The notes beneath the pieces were generated by a model. It did no database searches, was not told where the DNA came from, and saw only the letters and a program-made list of their open reading frames with translations. Of a DNA stretch of 64,000 bases, positions 1 through 7,177 are shown one piece after another. Source of the stretch: a virus; IMG/VR virus record IMGVR_UViG_3300034158_000007, positions 32,001 to 96,000 of that record. The stretch is one strand, 5' to 3'. The position numbers were made by a program, and so were the translations under genes. Positions within the stretch are counted from its first letter, which is position 1; every line of letters begins with the position of its first letter.

Positions 1-662
1 CGACCTTTACCCCAGATAATTTTAACCACCCCATCGCCACCTTTGCCACAAGTTCGAGGACCCGACTCACGTGACTGAGCGCCACCGCCACCGCCGTGCA
101 ATCCGCCATTGGGACTAAGGCCGTTGGCAGCCAGACCCATAGTGGTAATACCACGACCAGCTGGTGTACCACCCCCGTTACTATTAAAGGTAGCTGGAGC
201 GTTACCACCTAAGAACACCTGACCTTCAGAGTTACCAGACGCACCACCTGTACCATTGCCGCCACCCATGTCAGTTCCTATTGGAGTTGACTCAGCGGCA
301 TTAATACCGACGTTAATACCAAATGCTGACGAAGGATAATCCAATTGATGTGAACTGGCTGTGCCATAAGGTACGGTCTTCTGAACACCACCGTTACCAA
401 CTACGATTCTATAAGTTTCGCCTGGAACAACAGCGATCTTATTCTTCCATCTTACCCCACCCGAAGCACCTGCGTTGGCTGCTGCTACTGTCTGTACCCG
501 ACCTTGTTGTCCTGCTGAGATAATCAAGACGCTAACCTCGGTGACCTTATCAGGAACAACCCAGTCGTAAGTACCTGGAGTGGGATATGAAATTTGACCA
601 CCCTTAGTCATTGGATCATTAGGGTCGCCCCAAAACCCTGAAAACATTAATAGCTCTCTCAT
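1..662 (-). CDS. Glycine-rich virion accessory/tail-associated protein (3' end runs off window; not in ORF track)
   Basis: Manual translation from ATG at 662: MRELLMFSGFWGDPNDPMTKGGQISYPTPGTYDWVVPDKVTEVSVLIISAG...VVPGETYRIVVGNGG...GGGGAQSRESGPRTCGKGGDGVVKIIWGKGR. No stop to position 1. The motifs are typical of phage Gly-rich domains, and the N-terminus matches the Kelch protein at 44365. Confidence 0.8.
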   Translation of the reverse strand, partial: MRELLMFSGFWGDPNDPMTKGGQISYPTPGTYDWVVPDKVTEVSVLIISAGQQGRVQTVAAANAGASGGVRWKNKIAVVPGETYRIVVGNGGVQKTVPYGTASSHQLDYPSSAFGINVGINAAESTPIGTDMGGGNGTGGASGNSEGQVFLGGNAPATFNSNGGGTPAGRGITTMGLAANGLSPNGGLHGGGGGAQSRESGPRTCGKGGDGVVKIIWGKG

Positions 663-700
663 GGGATCGTCCATCGATTTATTAATAACATACGATATAA

Positions 701-722
701 GTCCCTACCCGAAGGTAGGGAC
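701..722. terminator. GC-rich hairpin (member of repeated terminator family)
   Basis: GTCCCTACC-CGAA-GGTAGGGAC, flanked by ATAA and AATATG, just past the stop of 729..1148. Confidence 0.75.
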
Positions 723-728
723 AATATG

Positions 729-1148
729 TCATTTTTCTTTTGTCAGTTCTTCCATTGCTAAGATCTCTTTATACCACTCAGCTCGTTCTTCGACGAACTT
801 TAGTTCAGAGCTGGTCAACCAGAGGTGGGAGTTATTAAACGCCATCAATGCATAGTGACACATCTTAGCAATAGACGCGTCTACGTCAAGCATATTGGAT
901 TCAGTCATCTCTAATCGGATGGGGAGCAGTTCGAACTTACAAAGTTCACCACCATCAAACTCAGAACATTTCTCTAGTACGCTGGCTCGAGCATAAAGGT
1001 CGATGAACTCAGCCCGAATGTAATCAATGTTTCGCATCCCGCGATGATCACTGTACAAGCCTTGTTGCTGCCCCTTCAATACTTCCTTTGCAAACTCAAC
1101 CGCCTCCTCTGCAACTTTGCTAAGGAGGTATTGCGCAAACGTCATCAT
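729..1148 (-). CDS. MazG-like nucleotide pyrophosphohydrolase
   Basis: KVAEEAVEFAKEVLK...IRAEFIDL matches the EExxE...ExxD all-alpha NTP-PPase pattern. Confidence 0.6.
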   Translation of the reverse strand: MMTFAQYLLSKVAEEAVEFAKEVLKGQQQGLYSDHRGMRNIDYIRAEFIDLYARASVLEKCSEFDGGELCKFELLPIRLEMTESNMLDVDASIAKMCHYALMAFNNSHLWLTSSELKFVEERAEWYKEILAMEELTKEK

Positions 1149-1149
1149 G

Positions 1150-1517
1150 TTAATAGCCCTCGTTTAATAGTTCACTCAAAGCACGAGCCTGAGATACAGC
1201 AGTATTAGCAAAGACATCACTCAAGTAATAGTCTTTGTCCACAGCTAGCGTAGCGAGTTCTCGCATGAGTTCGGGGTTAGCCTTAGCCCATGTTGCCCAG
1301 AAACCTTTATACTGCTCATACGTCGGATTGAAGCCTTCCAGGGGTGGTTTACCCTTAGCGTCTTTCCAGTTGTTCGTATACTGTCTGTAACCCTTAGCAT
1401 CTAACTGCCAAGCTTCTTCGATAGTGCGCCCATCCGGTAGCCGTGCAAACAAAGCACTGAATCGTTTGTCGCCAACGGAGGAACATTCGTATCCTCCGCG
1501 ACGCTTCCACCGGTATG
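1150..1517 (-). CDS. Conserved phage protein (YECSSxGDKRFSA family); no canonical in-frame start upstream of its conserved N-terminus
   Basis: The frame is open from about 1532 down to 1150 and reads RKPKVTYRWKRRGGYECSSVGDKRFSALFARLPDGRTIEEAWQLDAKGY. The track start (TTG 1452) lies inside this block. Confidence 0.65.
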
Positions 1518-3647
1518 TTACTTTGGGTTTTCTTTACTCAGCAAATAAGCTGCCAATACGTCATCGAGCTTAGGACCCTTGAGAACCTTCTGAGCGATCT
1601 CAATCACGTTAGTGCGGCAACCGGTTAGGTTTACGCCCAACTCACGCTTATGGTAGTCAGAGACCCCTTGTACGGCACTTGTCTCCATCACCGTGGTCTC
1701 ACGGGAGATGTTTAGGATCTGACTCACGTTCGGGTAAGTAGAAACGATGTCCAAGTCAGCTACGTGTGTCCAAATCAACGACTTGTAGTTCGGTAGATCC
1801 TTAACGCACTTAATCCCGTTAGGACCCGCCATGTAAGTTGGCAGTGTTACGATCCAACCATCATGACCTACTACGTATTGATCGAGATCATGAACCATCT
1901 GATCCGAGCTAGTTCCGATCACTGCTGGATCAGGACGAGACAGATACCAGAAGTGCATGTCATCACACAAACGTTTCGGGTTCGAGCTAAAGTTCTTGTA
2001 GTCCGAAGACTTAGAGAACAAGCTGATCGATGTACCCAAGTCGTTAATACGCTCATCGAGTTGTTCCAGTCGAATGCTGTCGATGATGTTGTAAAGACCG
2101 TAACGTACTTTGTGATGCTTCTGCATCTCAATGTGCCATTCGATACCATTCAGGTGGTCGGTTTCTTTGAACTTCAACTTACCAAAGTTAAGCTTCATGT
2201 TAACCAGATAACCCGGATGCACGTTAACGCCCCAGACGAGTTCCTCAGTAGGGACCCAAACTGGCTCACGTACTTCTAGGGAACGCATCACTGTGTTCTC
2301 TTCAAAGTCGTAAATGAAACTAACGGTATCATCGTCATCGAAGTCTTGAGGGGTATCGTTCTCTTCGTCTTCTTCCAGCTCCTCTTCTTCCTCTTCCTCA
2401 GCTTCTAAGGATTCTTCAACCGAGGTAGTGGTTACAACGTCATCAGCAGGGTTACTAAAGCTCCAGTAAGGATAACTACCCGAACGGTCTGCGATCGCCT
2501 TGTTACAGGTCTTCATGAACGCATTGAAGTCAGCTTCTGTTTTAATCTCAGCTTCTTCATCAACCGAGAGTTCTTTACGCAGGATTGCATCCAACGCATA
2601 GCTTGGTTCTTTACCTTTAGCCAGACGGGTAACACGGTAAGTCGACATGGAGTCAATGCACTGGAACGAGGCTGGTGCTGTAACCCAGTGCCATTGGTCT
2701 TCTGGACCCTTAGACTTAGTTACGCCCGAAGCCGTTACCGACATAGCTTGGTCTTGACGATAGTGGAACTTACGGTACTGACGAGGAATGCTAGGATCAC
2801 TGAATACATCAGCTGGATTAATGCCGTAGTGTTCCAAGCATGCGAGGATTTTGGACATGTCGAAGTCCATGTTCCAGAAAGCAAAGAAGTCAGGCTTCCA
2901 CTCGTGCAGTTTACGCAAGCATTGAATAACGATATCCGCTGGAGTGTTAACAACCTCAACTTGAATGTTCAGGTTACGTGCTTTCTTCAAAGCTACCAGC
3001 TCAGGGATACGTTCCAGTTCATCCAGAGTCTCTTGTACCGGATCAGCTATATCACTCACCCAGTGTTTCAGATAAGCGAGGTATACGTGTTCTTTGTACG
3101 TAACGGACATACAGATAATCTGCCCGTCGTTCTCGGACTCATACACGTTTGTTTCGATGTCACCGCCTGCTACCGTGTTACGGCTAATCAGGTTTGGGTA
3201 AGCTTCACGATAGTCGTTCTTTAAGCAGCATACCGACGATACGTCAGCACCATACAGGTAAGGACTTCGAGCGAGTTGTTTAAGCCTTGGGTTTGGCCCT
3301 TGGCTATAATCGTTCAGTGCTCGTGCAATGGCTCGAGTCAACTTAGCTTGTGTGGTCTTGAACTGCTTAAGCTTGGACTTAAGCATGTAGTCTTTCTTTT
3401 CTTTGTACGGTCGTAGGTGTTCTGCTTTCTGTACAGCTGGATCAATCCAGAATGGACGAAGGTAGTTCTCTTCAAGCTTGATGACTGGGATACGTCGTTT
3501 GTCCTTTAAGTGGACAACCTCCTTAACGACGTGAATGTCATTGCTCCCACCAATCTCTGTTACGTGTGTAATGTGTTTGGCTTCAATGCCTACTACATCG
3601 TCCTTCGTGAAGTTATGCTCTTTAGCAAGTTTGATCAAATGATCCAT
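1518..3647 (-). CDS. Split family-B DNA polymerase, exonuclease + motif A subunit (phiKZ gp82-like)
   Basis: ExoI GDIET, ExoII FWNMDFD, ExoIII YNIID and PolB motif A ADLDIVSTYPN are present. It lacks motifs B and C, consistent with the split phiKZ polymerase. Confidence 0.85.
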   Translation of the reverse strand: MDHLIKLAKEHNFTKDDVVGIEAKHITHVTEIGGSNDIHVVKEVVHLKDKRRIPVIKLEENYLRPFWIDPAVQKAEHLRPYKEKKDYMLKSKLKQFKTTQAKLTRAIARALNDYSQGPNPRLKQLARSPYLYGADVSSVCCLKNDYREAYPNLISRNTVAGGDIETNVYESENDGQIICMSVTYKEHVYLAYLKHWVSDIADPVQETLDELERIPELVALKKARNLNIQVEVVNTPADIVIQCLRKLHEWKPDFFAFWNMDFDMSKILACLEHYGINPADVFSDPSIPRQYRKFHYRQDQAMSVTASGVTKSKGPEDQWHWVTAPASFQCIDSMSTYRVTRLAKGKEPSYALDAILRKELSVDEEAEIKTEADFNAFMKTCNKAIADRSGSYPYWSFSNPADDVVTTTSVEESLEAEEEEEEELEEDEENDTPQDFDDDDTVSFIYDFEENTVMRSLEVREPVWVPTEELVWGVNVHPGYLVNMKLNFGKLKFKETDHLNGIEWHIEMQKHHKVRYGLYNIIDSIRLEQLDERINDLGTSISLFSKSSDYKNFSSNPKRLCDDMHFWYLSRPDPAVIGTSSDQMVHDLDQYVVGHDGWIVTLPTYMAGPNGIKCVKDLPNYKSLIWTHVADLDIVSTYPNVSQILNISRETTVMETSAVQGVSDYHKRELGVNLTGCRTNVIEIAQKVLKGPKLDDVLAAYLLSKENPK

Positions 3648-3752
3648 TGCAGTGCCCCAATGAAGTTATAGAACTGTATACAGTAGGTCTGGTGAGTTTA
3701 TTCATACGGGGTATGAAGATAAGAGCAGAAGGCTATTAAGCTAATCGCTTAA

Positions 3753-3812
3753 TATATTTTAAAAATAAAAGCCCCCCTCCTTTGATCTTAGTGTAGTGAT
3801 ACATTAGATAAG
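3753..3812 (+). promoter_or_regulatory. Conserved non-coding element, copy A
   Basis: TATATT..AAATAAAAGCCCC..TCCTTTGATCTTAGT..ATTAGATAAG, shared block by block with 42676..42734 (minus). Confidence 0.6.
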
Positions 3813-3866
3813 GCATGGAAAGTATTCTTTAACACAATCTTTATGATTACTCTTAAGGAAAGCATC

Positions 3867-5129
3867 ATGTCCAACCTAACTATTTCCAATGAACTCTTAA
3901 TGGTAGGAGCTAAGTCTGAACTTGGACCTATTACTAAGAAGTGGATTGAAGACTACATAAAGGTCAGCGTAGATAACGCTGATCCTAATCACCCTAAGTT
4001 CAAAGAGCTATGCGCTCAATACATCAAGGACGTTAAACGCGTACTAGGTGTGAACATTGCAATAGAGATCTATGACATCCCTGATCTCATCATGGGTGTA
4101 CGTAGTCAGGTGACTTGGTTTGGACATCAAGGCACCAGGTGGTACAGAGACAAGAATTTAAAGATTGTATCAGAAGATTCAGTTTCCCTAAAGAAACTGA
4201 TTCAAGTAGACCTTAAGACCGGTAAGGTTACAGGTAGCTTGGCTAACGATCTCACGTACACCATGATCTTATCCCACCAGATGCTTAATGGATTCGGAGG
4301 ATTTACTGTTAAAGAAAATACAGCTAGTCTTCTCCATGAGTATGGCCACATCATCAATGGCTTCATGTACCTCGGTGACTATGTTTGGCTTAACTACTAT
4401 CTAACGGAAGGCATTGAAGTAATGCTGGGTCGTAAGAAAGACCGTGTGGAACTAGAACTCTACAATGACCGATGGTTACGTGAGAACGTACCTGCGGATG
4501 AGTACGAGAACTTCCAGGCTAACAAGACAGAAGAAAACGCTAAGCGTGTTATCTTGAGTGTGGCTAAGAAGCTACCTCGTCATCACCTGACGGAGAACGA
4601 GATCACAGCTAAACGACGTGAAGAACAAACAGCTGACATGTTCGCTACCCGTCTGGGTTACGGTCGTGATCTAGCTACAGCTTTGCACAAGCTGAATAAG
4701 TACCATGAAGAACCTTCCCTAGTGGGATCGTTCTGGTTTGGCGAGATGGCTAAGGTGTTCGTAACACTATTGTTCCTCCCATTCGCAGTTATTGGTTTGA
4801 TGGTATACGATCCAGCCGGTGGGGACGCCTACACTCAGGATGGTCGGTACGATGATCCAATGGATCGACTCGTTAAGATTCGACGTGACCTAGTTGCGCA
4901 ATTGAAACGACCTGGACCACTTAACAAACAAGGTTTAGTTGATGACATCGACGCTATTGACTCGATGATCAAAGAGTACTCAACCAACAGTTCCACGTTC
5001 GACGGTATCATCAACTTCTTCCGACCTGGTGTCCGCAAGATGCGGCAGAATACTAAGGTAGAAGATGATTTAGAATCACTCATGAATAACGACCTGTTCC
5101 TACAGGCTCATAAACTCAGCAAACTGTAA
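3867..5129 (+). CDS. Virion structural protein with M48-like zinc metallopeptidase motifs
   Basis: HEYGH (HExxH) plus downstream EEQTADMFATRLGYGRDLATALHKL (ExxAD...GYG...L.KL). Start placed at 3867 after AAGGA. First gene of the structural cluster. Confidence 0.65.
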   Translation: MSNLTISNELLMVGAKSELGPITKKWIEDYIKVSVDNADPNHPKFKELCAQYIKDVKRVLGVNIAIEIYDIPDLIMGVRSQVTWFGHQGTRWYRDKNLKIVSEDSVSLKKLIQVDLKTGKVTGSLANDLTYTMILSHQMLNGFGGFTVKENTASLLHEYGHIINGFMYLGDYVWLNYYLTEGIEVMLGRKKDRVELELYNDRWLRENVPADEYENFQANKTEENAKRVILSVAKKLPRHHLTENEITAKRREEQTADMFATRLGYGRDLATALHKLNKYHEEPSLVGSFWFGEMAKVFVTLLFLPFAVIGLMVYDPAGGDAYTQDGRYDDPMDRLVKIRRDLVAQLKRPGPLNKQGLVDDIDAIDSMIKEYSTNSSTFDGIINFFRPGVRKMRQNTKVEDDLESLMNNDLFLQAHKLSKL

Positions 5130-5140
5130 AGGTAAACCCA

Positions 5141-5581
5141 ATGCGCATTGGTTATGAAATCACGCAATATCTGAAAGAAATTAAAACCAACGATGGCAAC
5201 GAGCGCACACTGCGCGCCATGATGGTGGCTAACGCCCTAGGTTATCACTTCCCTATCGACCCGACTAAGGGTGCTATCGATAATGCTGAAGACCATATGG
5301 CAGATGCACGTAAGGTAGTTGGTCAAATCAATGAGAACATCTCGTTGGATTCCCGACTGACCCTCGAACTCTTTAAGCAGGTAATGGCTATTCGTTACGA
5401 ACTGTTGACTGGTTGTGTATGCCCTTCGATTATCGAAGCCGCTATGCGTAGCCATACCGCAGACGTACATCAGACCACAGCCGAACACGCCACCGCACTG
5501 TCGCTCGTATCGAACCTTGAGTTCATGAAAGCACAGAACGGTATCCAGAGCGTACTGCGTTCTTTGAACACAGCTGAGTAA
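5141..5581 (+). CDS. Hypothetical protein (virion cluster)
   Basis: 146-aa ORF with AAGGT RBS, phage-like codon usage and tight operon spacing. Confidence 0.75.
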   Translation: MRIGYEITQYLKEIKTNDGNERTLRAMMVANALGYHFPIDPTKGAIDNAEDHMADARKVVGQINENISLDSRLTLELFKQVMAIRYELLTGCVCPSIIEAAMRSHTADVHQTTAEHATALSLVSNLEFMKAQNGIQSVLRSLNTAE

Positions 5582-5592
5582 AGGTAAAGGCT

Positions 5593-5898
5593 ATGGAAAA
5601 CGGTGATGAACCCATTCGACATCCCCGCATCACAAAAGCCTTCGCCAAAGCTTTGATCGTGAAAGAGAAGATAATCATCGACACTGAAATGCAGGTGGTT
5701 ATTTGTATCGTCAAACTAAAGAACGGGCACAGGTTAATAGACCATGCTATCGTAGCTAATCGCGGTACGTTTGATCCAGCCCGTGGGACTGTGATTGCTA
5801 AGGCTAAGGTCATCGAACAGATTATGTCTGCCGAGATGTACCAATTACGTACCAAGCTACATGAACAAAAACTTAAGGAGGTCGGCGATGCTGACTGA
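5593..5898 (+). CDS. Phage Gp49/Sf6 gp66-family protein (candidate nucleotide-sponge, Acb4-like)
   Basis: VVICIVKLKNGH...FDPARGTVIAKAKVIEQIMSAEMYQLRTKL fits the recalled family pattern C.l.L.NG...FD...G..iA...i...e.Y.L. Confidence 0.55.
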   Translation: MENGDEPIRHPRITKAFAKALIVKEKIIIDTEMQVVICIVKLKNGHRLIDHAIVANRGTFDPARGTVIAKAKVIEQIMSAEMYQLRTKLHEQKLKEVGDAD

Positions 5899-7135
5899 AA
5901 CAGAAATTCTGGACACACAGGTTCAGACCCTAGATGAAGCGATGGACAAGCTGGCAGCTCATGATGAGAACCCAGTAACCGAGAACGTCGTCAGTGATCA
6001 GGGTGTTGCTCAGGCTGTACAGATCACCATGGAATGCCTCCGGGCTACCGTTGATCTTTATCACACGATCTCTCAGGAAGGCGTCTCAGCTGATGACGTC
6101 CGTGCGTTGCGTCATATCCGCGAACGTATGGCTCCGTTCATGACCTTGCAACATGCACCTGCTCTGGAAAACTACGAAGGTATGTTTACTCCGGGTCGGT
6201 CCATGATCAACCAAGTTGTTTCTCAGGAAGCTACTCTGGCTGAAGTAGGTATCACGTTGAAGGAATGGTTCTTTAAGTTCATCGACTTCGTCATCCGTTT
6301 GGTTGACTGGTGTCGTGGTGCTTGGAACTCTGAGACCGCTATTAACCTACGCCTGCGTCAGATCGACCATAACCTGCAATCGATGTTTAACGCATTCGAT
6401 ATCGTTTATAAGCGTGCAGCTTCGGTTAGCCGTGACTTCAATGGTGAGTTGGAGGCTATCTGGTCTCAAGCTCTTAAAGATCCTAAGCTTACCCGTAGCC
6501 CTGCTATGCTCTATGCTTTTGGTCAGACTGAGAATGCTGGTGTTTATAAAGACGCTAGTAATGAAGCATCAGATGCCTACCGTTGGATCATCATGGATAT
6601 CGCCGGACTCAAGCAACGTCTTGAGAAAGATGAACCTATGAACCTGGGTCATGACTACGCCGAACAAGTAAACGATGCAGCCTACCAACTGGAAGCTTTG
6701 AACGTAGCTGACGCTAAAGTCGACTACCTTGAGAAGCACCTGGGTAAAGACTACTGGCGTAGACCTAAGACACTGTTGGCGCGTAAACCCATTCTGCCTT
6801 CTGAGCAGATTGCACAGGTTCAAGATATCGCTAAGCGTCTTCGTGACATCCGCCGTAACGCTAACTTCGCTGACCTGAAAGATACCGATGCCCTGACTCG
6901 TGCTGTTGATAACATCACTGGTACTATGCAAGGCTTGGAACGTATCATCACCATCAAGCAAACGCTGTTTACAGACTTCTACAAAGCTTCCGCTACAATG
7001 GCTAACTTCTACATCCGTGGCCATGACCTGATGCTTCAAGAGATCCTGAAACATGACAACGCTGATTCCGCTAAGATCTTCTCCGACAAGATGTCTAAGT
7101 CGTGGGAAGACATCTGTGTGAAGATGGGTATTTAA
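5888..7135 (+). CDS. Virion head protein (phiKZ gp86-like)
   Basis: AAGGAG RBS then ATG 5888 (MLTETEILDTQ). Contains ALE/SQE-type maturation motifs, and its position matches. Confidence 0.7.
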   Translation: MLTETEILDTQVQTLDEAMDKLAAHDENPVTENVVSDQGVAQAVQITMECLRATVDLYHTISQEGVSADDVRALRHIRERMAPFMTLQHAPALENYEGMFTPGRSMINQVVSQEATLAEVGITLKEWFFKFIDFVIRLVDWCRGAWNSETAINLRLRQIDHNLQSMFNAFDIVYKRAASVSRDFNGELEAIWSQALKDPKLTRSPAMLYAFGQTENAGVYKDASNEASDAYRWIIMDIAGLKQRLEKDEPMNLGHDYAEQVNDAAYQLEALNVADAKVDYLEKHLGKDYWRRPKTLLARKPILPSEQIAQVQDIAKRLRDIRRNANFADLKDTDALTRAVDNITGTMQGLERIITIKQTLFTDFYKASATMANFYIRGHDLMLQEILKHDNADSAKIFSDKMSKSWEDICVKMGI

Positions 7136-7144
7136 CAGCATAAA

Positions 7145-7166
7145 GCCCCTACCAATCGGTAGGGGC
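7145..7166. terminator. Bidirectional hairpin at convergent junction
   Basis: CATAAA-GCCCCTACC-AATC-GGTAGGGGC-AATATG between convergent stops 7135 and 7178. Confidence 0.8.
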
Positions 7167-7177
7167 AATATGTCGTC

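Noticed and set aside
323-855. Plus-strand track ORFs 323..523 and 661..855
   Set aside because: They are antisense to the Gly-rich gene and the MazG-like gene, and the second spans a terminator.
1395-1495. Minus-strand GGAGGA followed by ATG (30-aa ORF MFLRWRQ...)
   Set aside because: It is out of frame with the conserved ORF, non-conserved-looking, and its SD is buried in a hairpin.
2184-2567. Possible intein or intron in the polymerase subunit
   Set aside because: No Cys-start or His-Asn-end splicing motifs, no homing-endonuclease motifs, and the frame is uninterrupted. Kept as an acidic insertion instead.
5795-5887. Longer track N-termini (5795, 20750, 23782, 34687, 34967, 57560, 60554, 60647)
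   Set aside because: They overlap neighbouring genes or lack an RBS; downstream starts with clear SD sequences were used.
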